From Acidobacteriota bacterium (GTDB lineage Bacteria > Acidobacteriota > Aminicenantia > Aminicenantales > Aminicenantaceae): DNA of 64,000 bases. The notes beneath the pieces were generated by a model. That model saw only the letters and a program-made list of their open reading frames with translations. It was not told the origin of the DNA and did not search any database. The stretch's first letter is position 1. Every line of letters starts with the position of its first letter. Of the stretch, positions 6,920 through 17,457 are shown in pieces. The stretch lies in contig DAOVDI010000001.1 of NCBI GenBank assembly GCA_030669585.1, positions 994 through 64,993 on the forward strand, read 5' to 3'. The position numbers and the translations under genes are program-made.

Positions 6920-8662
6920 TCAGTTTGGAGGCTCCCCTTTTTGGTTCCAGCCTTTTAATTTGTAATATTGACCTACTAATTCATTAAATAAATCTCTATC
7001 AAGTTTTTCACCCCGCATAAAACCTGCAAGGGATGTTTCATTAAAAAAACGATCAGGCAGGATATCATCCATGTGTTTTCGTCCATTTCTTAAATTATAT
7101 CTGCGTGCCAGATCCGTTATTTTTTCCCCGATCTTCTGCAGAGATTCTCCTGTGTGTTCAAAACCAGTTGCCGCATTGAGGACTCTTGCAAGACTTTCCA
7201 GGCCTTCCGGAACAAAATCACAAATAACCAGGCTGTTTCTGATATTTATAATATCGATTCCTTCTGATACGGCATGGGGAATATGTTCGATCTTAAAATC
7301 CGGACCAAATTCCTGTTCCGCGATCCAAAGTCTTGTATGGCTGGCGAAATCAGCCACTGCCATGGCCACCCCCATGGCTAAAGAACCAAGGGGATTTATA
7401 CCTGACAGCTCCATCCCATAGATATTGATCGCAAATTCCTTGCTTCCTTTTCCGATTTTTAATGCGGCCGCCTTTGTACCGTCAGCAAATAGTTTTCCAA
7501 CTCCTTTTCTAAAAGCCATCATTTCGATAAGCTCACGCTGAGCCTTGGCATTTCCCCATGTCAGATCTATACCATCCCAATTTTCAACCAGCCCTTTTTC
7601 GTAACATTCCATGGCAAAACCAACTGTTCCGCCAGCACTGATCGTATCCAGGCCAAGATCATTGCACATCTCATTGACCAGAGCCACGTCTTTAATATCA
7701 TTAACCTCACAGTTAGATCCGAAAAAAGCTGTTGTTTCATATTCAGGTCCTTCAATCTCATGCCCGTCCCATCGAGCCCATTTCGAGCATCTGATCGCAC
7801 AATTATAACAAGCCGTGTCTTCCCAGTTTAATTCTTTCCGGGCTGTTTCAGAACTGATTTTTTCAAAATCATCAAACTGCACTTTCTGCCAGTTTTTCGT
7901 CGGAAGATATTCCATTTCCTGGCCGCTTCTAATACATTTCATCGTTCCTTTAACACGACGAAACTTAACACCTTCATTATTTAAAATCGCCTTGGTTAAC
8001 TCTTTATTTACTTCAATGAATTTCTCTTCATCGTAATATTTTATTGGGGTGCTTCCGTCAACAACAATTGCTTTCAGATTTTTTGAACCCATAACAGCGC
8101 CTACCCCACCACGTCCATAGTTTCTATGTTTATCAATGCCTATACAAGAAATAAGCAAGAGGTTCTCACCTGCCGGACCGATCACAGCAACTCTTGGATT
8201 TTTACCATGATGAAGTTTTAATAACTCATCGCTTGTGTTAAAAATTCCTTTTCCCCACAGGCCGGATGCATCTTTTATCTCAACTTTTTCATCCGTAAGA
8301 TAGATATAAACAGGTTTATCAGCTTTTCCCATTACAATAAAATAATCAAATCCAGCCCTTTTTATTGCAGGGCCAAAATTTCCGCCGCAGTGTGAATCAT
8401 GTGCTGAGTTTGTTAAAGGAGATTTTGTCACTAAAGTTGTTCTGGCGCTGGTCTGAACTTTAGTGCCGGTAAAAGGGCCATTCACAAATATCAATGGATT
8501 TTCAGCGCTAAAGGGATCAGGATTAGGAGCTATTTTATCGAGGATGGCAAAACCCAGTCCTTTTCCGCCGATATATTCTTTTACCAGTTCTTTATCAGTA
8601 TCACGAATTTCATGTGTTCCTGACGAAAGATCGATCTGTATATATTTTCCTGTATATGACAT
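6920..8662 (-). CDS. aor: Aldehyde:ferredoxin oxidoreductase, tungsten/molybdopterin AOR family
   Basis: 580 aa. The AOR N-terminal domain and Fe-S cysteine pattern (CYNCAIRC) are family hallmarks. Confidence 0.85.
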   Translation of the reverse strand: MSYTGKYIQIDLSSGTHEIRDTDKELVKEYIGGKGLGFAILDKIAPNPDPFSAENPLIFVNGPFTGTKVQTSARTTLVTKSPLTNSAHDSHCGGNFGPAIKRAGFDYFIVMGKADKPVYIYLTDEKVEIKDASGLWGKGIFNTSDELLKLHHGKNPRVAVIGPAGENLLLISCIGIDKHRNYGRGGVGAVMGSKNLKAIVVDGSTPIKYYDEEKFIEVNKELTKAILNNEGVKFRRVKGTMKCIRSGQEMEYLPTKNWQKVQFDDFEKISSETARKELNWEDTACYNCAIRCSKWARWDGHEIEGPEYETTAFFGSNCEVNDIKDVALVNEMCNDLGLDTISAGGTVGFAMECYEKGLVENWDGIDLTWGNAKAQRELIEMMAFRKGVGKLFADGTKAAALKIGKGSKEFAINIYGMELSGINPLGSLAMGVAMAVADFASHTRLWIAEQEFGPDFKIEHIPHAVSEGIDIINIRNSLVICDFVPEGLESLARVLNAATGFEHTGESLQKIGEKITDLARRYNLRNGRKHMDDILPDRFFNETSLAGFMRGEKLDRDLFNELVGQYYKLKGWNQKGEPPN

Positions 8663-8804
8663 AGTGAAAAAATTTTATACAAATAAGCGAAGTTTATCAA
8701 TACAATACAAAAAAGGGTTCGAGGATTCTACTCGAATCCTTGAATCCTATTTTTATTATCGGCACTGTTTTAGCAGGTGAACTTCTTGAAGTTTCAACCG
8801 CGTT

Positions 8805-10034
8805 GTGATAGAAATTTTTCGAATGACAACACACAAAAAATATATCATCCTGGCAGCAATGGTCATTCTCACCATTACGCAGGTTTTACCCTGCGAATAC
8901 AACATACGTGATTCCGGTTTTGTGGAGATAGCGCCACAACCTTATCTACTATATTTTTATGTGGACAGCGCCATCTCCGAAGAAAAGATTCGATTTTTCA
9001 ATAAAATTTCCCAAACCCTCTTTAGAGATACAAATATCACTCCTGAGACCATCCATATCAAAAAATCCAAAAAATCCACAGCTTTGGAGTATTTTCGTTT
9101 CTGGAACATCGATTCCCTGCCCGCCCTCATCCTTGTCTCTCCTGACAAACGCTCCATACTTCTCCCCATAGACCATACAGAAAAAAATTTTGGTCAAGCT
9201 CTCTGGGATACCCTGGACAAAACTGCGGTCTCTCCTGTTCGAGACAAGGTGCTGGAAAACATCGTTCGATCATACGCAGTTATTCTTCTTTTTGAAGGTA
9301 AAGACCCCGCGAATAACCAGGCTGCGCTTAATAAGATCGATACAGCCAAAAAAAACATTTCCCGCCTGATGACCCAGCTTCCCAAACGGATCGAAAAACC
9401 ACCTCATCTTATTGTTCTCTCCCGAAACAAAATACGCCGGGAGAAGATCCTTCTCTGGAGCCTGGACATTGAAATAAACGGACCGGATGAATCTAAAATC
9501 GTGATCCTTTTCGGACGGGGACGGATTTTTTTAACACCGCTCAAAAGCAATCAGGTCTCATCCTCCCAACTGACCAACATCCTGTCCATTCTGGGCCTCT
9601 CCTGCGACTGTGGACTGGACAAGCGAGGCATGATGGGCCCCAGGCTTCCCCTGCGATGGGATGCTGCGATCCAGGCGCAGATCGTGAAGTATCTGGGTTT
9701 TGATGCTGAAAATCCCATGATCAGACAGGAAATCGCCGGCATCCTTTCCACGGAAAATTTCCGTTCGTCAGTACTCTCTATGGAAGAGAATAAAATTAAA
9801 GGCTCTTTGATGGAGCTTAATCTTTACAGCGAATCCATACAGTCATTCGGCCGGCGCTTCAGTTCAAAACGGATCTCACCGGCTCAAAATCAGGGCCTGG
9901 GCACATCCCGCTCCAACAGGACAGGGCCGGTATCAAATTCCATCCGGCTGGTTGCAGCCGGGGCAGTTATCCTTGCAATCATACTTGTCATAAGTCTAAC
10001 CATTTTTATAAAGAGACGGAGAAAAAAATTATGA
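8805..10034 (+). CDS. Hypothetical membrane-anchored protein with an N-terminal signal-anchor and a C-terminal TM helix followed by RRRKKL
   Basis: Hydrophobic N- and C-termini. Its stop overlaps the start of the downstream giant gene (ATGA), indicating an operon. Confidence 0.5.
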   Translation: MIEIFRMTTHKKYIILAAMVILTITQVLPCEYNIRDSGFVEIAPQPYLLYFYVDSAISEEKIRFFNKISQTLFRDTNITPETIHIKKSKKSTALEYFRFWNIDSLPALILVSPDKRSILLPIDHTEKNFGQALWDTLDKTAVSPVRDKVLENIVRSYAVILLFEGKDPANNQAALNKIDTAKKNISRLMTQLPKRIEKPPHLIVLSRNKIRREKILLWSLDIEINGPDESKIVILFGRGRIFLTPLKSNQVSSSQLTNILSILGLSCDCGLDKRGMMGPRLPLRWDAAIQAQIVKYLGFDAENPMIRQEIAGILSTENFRSSVLSMEENKIKGSLMELNLYSESIQSFGRRFSSKRISPAQNQGLGTSRSNRTGPVSNSIRLVAAGAVILAIILVISLTIFIKRRRKKL

Positions 10035-13000
10035 ACACAACATATATGTTTAAAAACAAATTAAAAACCACCCTTTTTTTAACTCTTGCTGCCATGATCT
10101 TTGTTCAATGCGGCAGTATAGATCAACCCGGAGATGCTTGGAAAACATACCGGTATGATAATTCGCGAAGCGGATATTCCCCTGCTTCCATCACTCTTCC
10201 CATGGAGCTGAAGTGGCATTTTAGATCTTTACAACCGCCCCGCCCCGCCTGGCCGGAACCCAGTGAAGAGATGAAACGAATTCAGATGGACAATGCTCTC
10301 CACGCAGTCACCGCTTACGGATCAGTCTTTTTTGCTTCTTCTGCAGACCACAGCGTTTATGCCCTGGATATTCAAACCGGGAAGGAACAATGGCACTTCT
10401 TTGCCCAGGGACCTGTGCGTTATGCTCCTTCAGTCTGTAACAAACGCCTCTATTTCGGATCTGATGACGGGCTTGTATACTGCCTGAATGCAAAAAACGG
10501 TAAAATGATCTGGAACTACCGGGCAGGTCCGACCAGTGAAAAAGTGCTGGGCAACGGGCATATGATCTCTTTATGGCCGGTCAGGAGCAGCGTGCTCATA
10601 GATAAAGGCGTTGTTTATTTTGGAGCAGGCGTTTTTCCTTACGAAGGGCTCTATATCTGTGCTCTGGACGCAAAGGACGGACATGTGGTCTGGAAAAACG
10701 ACACCATCGGTGACCGTGAACACGAGCTTATATTTGGAGGCATCTCCCCTCAGAGTTATCTCTTGGCATCTGATAATATTCTCTACATCCCATCCAGCCG
10801 CGCCATGCCTGCGGCCTTTGATAAAAAAACCGGTGAATTTCTTTACTACCTGGAACCAGGAGGAAAGATCGGCGGCGTATGGGCTCTCCTTGATCAGGAT
10901 CACCTGATCGCTGGTATCGATCTCTCAGGAACACCGGCCAAAGCAGTCTATGACGAAAAAACAGGAGAAAAACAGGAAGATATGCATGCCTGGTTTCCCG
11001 GAATCGACCTTGTTGTATCCCGGGACATATCATTCACTCTTACACAGGACGGCGTATATGCCCTGGACCGAAAACAGTACCTTAACCTGCAAAAAAACCA
11101 GCTTAAAGACCTCCGTGAAAAAAAAGAAAACCTCAGGTCCAGACTCCGGGATATCTATTCCCGCATTTCTGATGCGAATGATCAGGCTCTTGATAAGCTG
11201 AATCAAGAAAGGGAAAGCATTACACATTTGATCGATGAACTTACAGAAGTTGAAGGAAAGCTTAAACCGGAGATGTTTAAGTGGGCTTTCAGCCGGAAAA
11301 ATCTCTATACTATGATCCGCGCTGGAGATTTTCTCTTCGCCGGAGGAGACGGGTATATAATCGGCCTGAACATCCAGACCGGAGAAAAACTGTGGGAACT
11401 GGATGTTTCCGGAAAAGTGATGGGCCTGACAGCAGTTAAAAACCATCTTATCGCCAGCACTGACATGGGCCATGTCTACTGCTTTGCCCCGAATGGAAGC
11501 TCAACAAAATCCGCAGAAATTAAACAGAAAAACAACAATCCGCCATTCATAAATAATAAAAAGTCTAACCTTTACCGGTCTGGAGTGAAAAATCTTCTCT
11601 CGCAGACGGGGATCCAAAAGGGATATGCTCTGGTTCTGTCCGACGCTCCCGAACAGTTGGCTTATGAGCTGGCAAAACAGACAGAGCTTTATGTTGTCGC
11701 TCTTGTTAAAAATAAAAAACAGGCAAATAAGGCAAGAAAAAAGCTGTTTTCAAGCGGGCTTTACGGCACCAAAATAGTTTTTGAGCCCTGGGATCTGGAA
11801 TATCTTCCCGACTATTTTGCCAATCTGATCATTTTAGATAAAAGAACATGGAAAACAAATATTTTCTCATCAAAAGAGATATTCAGGGTTCTCAAGCCCT
11901 ATGGAGGGACAGCTGTTTTTGGGTCTTTTGGGAAAGATAATCAAAATGAATTCAAAAGCAATACAAAAGAAATTAAGGAATGGCTTAAAGAGGTCGTTCC
12001 TGAATCCCGTATCAACATGCATAAAGATACTCCATGGCTCTTTTTTACACGTGAAGAACTTGAAGGGGCAGGCGCCTGGACTGAAGAATACGGAAATCCC
12101 GGCAACACCGCCTGTTCCGGAGATGAACTGGTCAAAGGGCCTCTCGCAGTCCTCTGGTTCGGGGAGCCCGGATCTCAACAGATGCTGGACAGGCATGCCA
12201 AGGCTCAGAGTCCGCTTTCCAAAGACGGACGTTTGTTCATTCAAGGAGAGGAAGTTATTCTGGCCTATGATGCCTATAACGGCACCAAACTCTGGGAAAA
12301 AGAACTTCCGGGCGCTGTCCGTCCTCGAGCTGATGTGGACGGAGGAAATTTTTCCCTAAACAGCACTGGACTCTTTGTGGGAGCAAAGGACCACTGTTAT
12401 AGACTGGACCCGGGCAGCGGAAAAACCCAAAAAATATTCGCTCTCCCTGATACTTCTGCATCCGGAGCTTTCCGCTGGGCCCACGTATCCTCAACTGAAA
12501 CCACCCTGTTCGGCAGCAGAGGCATGGCTCTTCCTAGAGAATATTTTTTCATAAGAAACACTCTGACAGAAAAAACAAAATGGAAAGACCTTGAGGATAT
12601 CCCCGAAGAATACCAGGATCTGTATATCTCGATGAAAACACGATATCCTGACCCGGAAGATGGCCTTCTGGAGGATTTTAAACGATCAGGGATACTCTGG
12701 CGTGTCATGACAGAATTCCCGGACTGGGAAAATTACAATATTCAACAAGGAGCTTTGACTGACCGCATCATGACCAGTGACATGGTCTTTGCCCTGGAAC
12801 CGCAAACAGGAAAAATAAAGTGGATACACAGAGGGCACAGGATAGCCCATATAACGATCAGCAAGGAATCAGGAAAAATATTCTTCGCGGAAAATCAAGT
12901 CACATCGGCTGATAAACAAAAGGCCCGGAAAGAGATGCTGCGGCTGATTCAGGACGAAATTTATATTCAGGGAGACGAACGTCATGTCAAAGAGAGTGAA

Positions 13001-14590
13001 AGGGATTTCCGGACCGTTTTTGCCCTGGACGAGGAAACAGGCAAACTCAAATGGAAAAAAACTCTGGATTTTACAGGCTGCGGCGGAGATGCGCTTGCTT
13101 CGGCAGCACATAACGGTGTTCTCGTCTTTTTTTCAAACGTGGGCAGTCACGATGCGTGGCGTCACCAAACCGGTACACTACGATGGAAACGGATGATCGC
13201 CCTTTCTGTAGAAAACGGCACAGTGCTCTGGTCCAGAGCCAATAATTACAGGACGCGGCCTGTGATCGTGGAAAACCGCATTTACATCGAGCCGCGTGTC
13301 TGCGATCTGCATACAGGAAAGATTCTTAATCGCAGCCATCCTGTGAGCGGTCTGTCCGTTCCCTTCGAGTATCTGCGGCCAGGACATACATGTGCCATCA
13401 CATCAGCCTCGTCTTCGATGCTTTTTTACCGGTCGTCCTCCACAGCCTTTATGGATTTTGAAAAGGATGACGGAGTAAGTCTGTTCGGCGCTATCCGTCC
13501 GGGGTGCTGGATCAGCCTAATCCCGGCAAGCGGAGTGCTGCTTTATCCGGAAGCCAGCGCAGGGTGCACCTGTTCTTATCCTATTCGTGGATCTCTTGTC
13601 TTAAAACACAAAAAAAACCGCTGGTCTAAAGGCAAGATGTTCATCACACACGGTCCTATGACCCCGGTCAAGCATTTTTCAATAAACCTCGGCTCTGTAT
13701 CGGATATGAAGGACAGCGAGGGGAATATCTGGTTCGCCTATCCCAATCCCGACACGAATTATACAAGCAATCACTATCCCGACTACGGTGTCAAATTTGA
13801 CCTGAATGATCAGGTTCCCACAGGGATGGGATACTTTTCCGGAGACTTCCGGAACATATCCATATCCGGGACCGACAAGCCATGGCTTTTCACATCCGGG
13901 GCCGCAGGGATCACTTCATTCGAGATCCCCCTGATCGATGATATCTGGGGCGAGGCACCCGGAACATATACAGTGCGACTGGGATTTAAAGTTCCATCCA
14001 ACGACCGGAGAGGGCAACGTGTTTTTGATATCAAAATACAGGGGGAAACAGCCGCCGGTAATTTTGATATCCGCAGAGAGACAAAAGCCGGGTCAGATGT
14101 CGTGATCCGGGATTATACGGGAATGAGCGTATCCAATACACTGGCTATTGAGCTGGTACCCAGGATGAAAAATCCTGGATTGGACAAAACCCCGGTGATC
14201 AATTTTATCCAGGTGCTTCGGGAAGGCGATCCAGGTATTATGGCGGAAGTTGAAAATGAAGCGCTTAAGAATTATCACTCCATCTTGAAAAGATCTACAC
14301 AAAAAGATCTCAAAATAAAAGCTCTGGAGGGAATTGCATTTATCGCTGACCCAGTTTCTCTTCCCCTGATCAAAAATTATTGTGAAAATATCGACCCGGT
14401 CATCCGGGATTACAGAGACCAGGATAAAGACCTCAAGAAGAGCGCAACCCTGGCATTCCTTGCTATCGCCGATAATATCGCAGAGTATGACAAAGACAAA
14501 TCATTTAGAATGCTGAACAGAGCCATGGCTTTTACTCCCCAGGAAGACCTGGAGACACTACAGGAGATCACGTCCAGATTAAGGAAATAA
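10031..14590 (+). CDS. Giant secreted protein of 1519 aa with PQQ-like beta-propeller repeats, a central coiled coil and a C-terminal HEAT-like region
   Basis: Signal peptide, repeated PQQ-type motifs (YAPSVCNKRLYFGSDDGLVYCLNAKNGKMIWNY and similar), and a coiled-coil segment around residues 340-400. Confidence 0.6.
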   Translation: MNTTYMFKNKLKTTLFLTLAAMIFVQCGSIDQPGDAWKTYRYDNSRSGYSPASITLPMELKWHFRSLQPPRPAWPEPSEEMKRIQMDNALHAVTAYGSVFFASSADHSVYALDIQTGKEQWHFFAQGPVRYAPSVCNKRLYFGSDDGLVYCLNAKNGKMIWNYRAGPTSEKVLGNGHMISLWPVRSSVLIDKGVVYFGAGVFPYEGLYICALDAKDGHVVWKNDTIGDREHELIFGGISPQSYLLASDNILYIPSSRAMPAAFDKKTGEFLYYLEPGGKIGGVWALLDQDHLIAGIDLSGTPAKAVYDEKTGEKQEDMHAWFPGIDLVVSRDISFTLTQDGVYALDRKQYLNLQKNQLKDLREKKENLRSRLRDIYSRISDANDQALDKLNQERESITHLIDELTEVEGKLKPEMFKWAFSRKNLYTMIRAGDFLFAGGDGYIIGLNIQTGEKLWELDVSGKVMGLTAVKNHLIASTDMGHVYCFAPNGSSTKSAEIKQKNNNPPFINNKKSNLYRSGVKNLLSQTGIQKGYALVLSDAPEQLAYELAKQTELYVVALVKNKKQANKARKKLFSSGLYGTKIVFEPWDLEYLPDYFANLIILDKRTWKTNIFSSKEIFRVLKPYGGTAVFGSFGKDNQNEFKSNTKEIKEWLKEVVPESRINMHKDTPWLFFTREELEGAGAWTEEYGNPGNTACSGDELVKGPLAVLWFGEPGSQQMLDRHAKAQSPLSKDGRLFIQGEEVILAYDAYNGTKLWEKELPGAVRPRADVDGGNFSLNSTGLFVGAKDHCYRLDPGSGKTQKIFALPDTSASGAFRWAHVSSTETTLFGSRGMALPREYFFIRNTLTEKTKWKDLEDIPEEYQDLYISMKTRYPDPEDGLLEDFKRSGILWRVMTEFPDWENYNIQQGALTDRIMTSDMVFALEPQTGKIKWIHRGHRIAHITISKESGKIFFAENQVTSADKQKARKEMLRLIQDEIYIQGDERHVKESERDFRTVFALDEETGKLKWKKTLDFTGCGGDALASAAHNGVLVFFSNVGSHDAWRHQTGTLRWKRMIALSVENGTVLWSRANNYRTRPVIVENRIYIEPRVCDLHTGKILNRSHPVSGLSVPFEYLRPGHTCAITSASSSMLFYRSSSTAFMDFEKDDGVSLFGAIRPGCWISLIPASGVLLYPEASAGCTCSYPIRGSLVLKHKKNRWSKGKMFITHGPMTPVKHFSINLGSVSDMKDSEGNIWFAYPNPDTNYTSNHYPDYGVKFDLNDQVPTGMGYFSGDFRNISISGTDKPWLFTSGAAGITSFEIPLIDDIWGEAPGTYTVRLGFKVPSNDRRGQRVFDIKIQGETAAGNFDIRRETKAGSDVVIRDYTGMSVSNTLAIELVPRMKNPGLDKTPVINFIQVLREGDPGIMAEVENEALKNYHSILKRSTQKDLKIKALEGIAFIADPVSLPLIKNYCENIDPVIRDYRDQDKDLKKSATLAFLAIADNIAEYDKDKSFRMLNRAMAFTPQEDLETLQEITSRLRK

Positions 14591-14601
14591 AAAATATGGA
14601 G

Positions 14602-14847
14602 TTACTTCTTATATATATCGCCTCTTGTATCAATTTTTAAAATCTTGATAATCTCTTTATCTTTTATAAACAGAATTCTATATTTTCCAAGTCGCAAACG
14701 AAAAATATTTTTCACACTTCCCCCCTTATATTTTCTCACATCCCCTTCACCAGGGAGATTTTCACATGCTTCAACAAGTTTTTTAGCGGTTTTTAGTTCC
14801 AGTTTTTTTAAATATTTCAGGCTTGATCTGCTGAAAAAAACAGTCAT
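14602..14847 (-). CDS. Type II toxin, RelE/ParE family
   Basis: 81 aa with the ...GDVRKYKG...FRLRLGKYRILF...KILKIDTRGDIYK pattern. It overlaps the upstream antitoxin by 4 nt. Confidence 0.7.
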   Translation of the reverse strand: MTVFFSRSSLKYLKKLELKTAKKLVEACENLPGEGDVRKYKGGSVKNIFRLRLGKYRILFIKDKEIIKILKIDTRGDIYKK

Positions 14848-15098
14848 AAATCGAGATTCTTTTTGACATCATCAATCGAAATAAATTCGTCTTTCTCTAA
14901 GATTTCCAGAATTTCTTCTTCATCTTGAGCACTGAGAATTATTTCTTCTTTTTTCCCCATTATATTTTTAATCCAATCTCTTAATGAAAGACGAATAATA
15001 TTAGAAATACTCTCATTCCTGATATAAGAAAGTGCTCGAAGCTTCTTATAAAGATCTTCATCAATAGTTATATTTAATCTTTTCATCTGATGCCTCAA
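14844..15098 (-). CDS. Type II antitoxin, ribbon-helix-helix (CopG-like)
   Basis: 84 aa with an N-terminal RHH-like segment (NITIDEDLYKKLRALSYIRNESISNIIRLSL). It overlaps the toxin by 4 nt. Confidence 0.55.
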   Translation of the reverse strand: MRHQMKRLNITIDEDLYKKLRALSYIRNESISNIIRLSLRDWIKNIMGKKEEIILSAQDEEEILEILEKDEFISIDDVKKNLDL

Positions 15099-15312
15099 TA
15101 CATATATACATCATTGCGCATAATATTTCAATATTTTCACAATTTTCCTCACACCCCATTTACATATTCTATCTGTGTAAGGATTTCTTGCATTTGAAAA
15201 GCATTCTATCCATAATATCTGGGGAAATTTGTGGCATAATTCTTGCTTCATATCAGTTAGAAGTACGGTCTCAATGTTCCAAGGTTGGAATAAACGTATC
15301 AGGAGGTGATGA

Positions 15313-15540
15313 ATGAATAAGGCACTGATTTTCATTTTAGCGTTTTTATTGGCGTATTCCGCTTGTACAGAAAAAATAGAGGAAACGGTGGAAAAGCAGC
15401 CGGAATATCCTGTTCTCATAGAAACAGTGGATGGCATCAAGACCATTAAAAACCCGGATTTTCCCCGTGACGGTCAAATCCAATATAAATTTGCAGAGGA
15501 ATTGTCCATTGGAGGGGAAGGCGAATCATGGTCGTGTTAG
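15313..15540 (+). CDS. Lipoprotein N-terminal fragment. Probably the 5' part of a frameshifted six-bladed beta-propeller lipoprotein gene.
   Basis: Signal peptide with a lipobox (LAYSAC). It ends at a TAG and overlaps the next ORF in another frame. IGGEGE resembles IGDEEGEG of the paralogue at 45514. Confidence 0.45.
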   Translation: MNKALIFILAFLLAYSACTEKIEETVEKQPEYPVLIETVDGIKTIKNPDFPRDGQIQYKFAEELSIGGEGESWSC

Positions 15541-15908
15541 GTTACAACAAAGATTACTTGATCAACGTTTTAGACTTTGAAGGGAATCCCCTTTTTCGAT
15601 TCAAAAGGGAATACATCCCGGGAAAATTCGAAGCTTGGAAACCTGGCAGCATCCTGCCAAAATTTAATCCGGCTTTTTACAAATATATAATTCTTGACGA
15701 CAACAAAAACCTCTGGTTCAGACAGTACACTAAAAGTACTGTAACAGACAGTATATATGATATTTTTTCCCCAGACGGTATTTATATCCAACAGGCTGTC
15801 GTGCCTCACCGCATATATCAGATAAAAAACAGAAAGGCTTACTGTATCATCCGGACCGAGGAAGACTATCGTATCGTCAAACGCTTTAGAATGATAGAAT
15901 TGGAATAG
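15528..15908 (+). CDS. Beta-propeller lipoprotein fragment, continuation of 15313..15540 after a frameshift
   Basis: Its frame-0 reading frame is open from 15489. Similar to the N-terminal region of the 45514..46731 protein. Confidence 0.45.
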   Translation: MVVLGYNKDYLINVLDFEGNPLFRFKREYIPGKFEAWKPGSILPKFNPAFYKYIILDDNKNLWFRQYTKSTVTDSIYDIFSPDGIYIQQAVVPHRIYQIKNRKAYCIIRTEEDYRIVKRFRMIELE

Positions 15909-15975
15909 TTGGTATCAGCTTTAATCAAGTTGAAATATAACAAACGAGACAAACGGGATGAACGAGATTAACAAG

Positions 15976-17454
15976 TCATGAATGATGGAGGCTGGAATTT
16001 TTTGTGTCCAACATAACATTCTGACGAAAATCCGCCACGATTTTTGTTCCTTTCCGCGGTTTTAACAGATTTAGAAGTTTTAAATAAAGCTTGTTTTTCC
16101 TGTTCCAGTGGGCGTTGAGACTGCGGGCATACCAAGCGATAGAAATATCCATAAACCTAAACCGCAGTAAACGGCGTAGGGACTGCAATGGAGAGTAAAA
16201 CCGTCGGTGCGCCCACATTTGGGCTCGCTGCAGCTCTTCAAGCGAAAAATTTTTCGGCTGGAACACAACATGGTGAGCATCATACAGGCTCCAGTCCGAA
16301 AAACGGATGCGGCCTTCGGAAAGGAGGTCTTCATAACACCGGGTTCCCGGTAAAGGTGTAAGGATCAGAAATTGGGACGAGTTCAGACAATACCGCTTGG
16401 CAAAACGGACCGTATCCTTCACGCTTGCAAAGCTGTCATTTTCCAACCCCAGGATAAACATCCCATGGACATGGATGCGATGCTTTTGAAATATTCGAGC
16501 CGCCCTTTCCATTTCAGCCAGACTTTGCTGCTTTTTGACTGATTTTAAGCTCTCTTCGTTCACCGATTCAAACCCGATGTAAACAGTGTGACAACCCGCC
16601 CGTCTCATCAATCGGACCAGATCTTCGTCCCCGGCAAAGTCCACCCGCACCTGAGTAGACCATCTGAATTTGAATTTTTCAGCTTCCATAGCTTTGAGAA
16701 GCTCTGCAGCCCGCTTGGAATTTGCCCCGAAGTTGTCGTCGTAGAAGAAAATATCATGTTTACGGTCATCGTAGAGGCGCAGTTCATTGATGATGTGTTC
16801 TATAGAACGGTACCGGTATCTTCGGCCGAACATCCCAGTCACCGAACAAAACGAACAGTCAAATGGACACCCCCTTGATGTCTGAAATGGAATAAGCCGC
16901 CAACCTGCGATACATTTTGGTTTTCCTTTGATAAGCGAAAAATCAGGATAGGGCAGAAAATCAAGGTCTACAGGTACAGCCTGGTTCATATTATGACGGA
17001 TGTCTCCGTTGATCTTGTAACTGAGATTGGGCACTTCCTCTAGATCATCCTCATCTTCAACTGCTTTTAAAAACAACGGAAATGCTGTTTCCCCCTCTCC
17101 ACGGATCACAAAATCACAATGACCCAGGGCCTCATCAGGAAGGAAGGTGACATGAGGACCACCCATCACTACCGTGATCCCCATGGAACGCACTCGATCG
17201 GCAATGGCATAAGCACGCGGCGCTGTGGAGGTGATCGTAGAGATTCCCACAATGTCAGATGCTGCTATTTCGTTCCAGTCGATCTCAGCCTGCTCCTCGA
17301 CCATCACAGAAGCTTCCCAACCGTTCTGTTTGGCAATAGTACCCAACAGGATTGTTCCCAGACGGGGAAGAGGAAACTTCGAAAATATATGTAAATTCGG
17401 GGCCTTTGGTTCAATAAAAGTTATTTTCATTTGGATACACATTCCTTTTTTCAT
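15976..17454 (-). CDS. B12-binding domain radical SAM protein (class B). The true start may be the internal ATG at 17430.
   Basis: N-terminal B12-binding-like region and a CxxxCxxC-type motif (SRGCPFDCSFCS). Confidence 0.8.
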   Translation of the reverse strand: MKKGMCIQMKITFIEPKAPNLHIFSKFPLPRLGTILLGTIAKQNGWEASVMVEEQAEIDWNEIAASDIVGISTITSTAPRAYAIADRVRSMGITVVMGGPHVTFLPDEALGHCDFVIRGEGETAFPLFLKAVEDEDDLEEVPNLSYKINGDIRHNMNQAVPVDLDFLPYPDFSLIKGKPKCIAGWRLIPFQTSRGCPFDCSFCSVTGMFGRRYRYRSIEHIINELRLYDDRKHDIFFYDDNFGANSKRAAELLKAMEAEKFKFRWSTQVRVDFAGDEDLVRLMRRAGCHTVYIGFESVNEESLKSVKKQQSLAEMERAARIFQKHRIHVHGMFILGLENDSFASVKDTVRFAKRYCLNSSQFLILTPLPGTRCYEDLLSEGRIRFSDWSLYDAHHVVFQPKNFSLEELQRAQMWAHRRFYSPLQSLRRLLRFRFMDISIAWYARSLNAHWNRKNKLYLKLLNLLKPRKGTKIVADFRQNVMLDTKNSSLHHS

Positions 17455-17457
17455 GGT

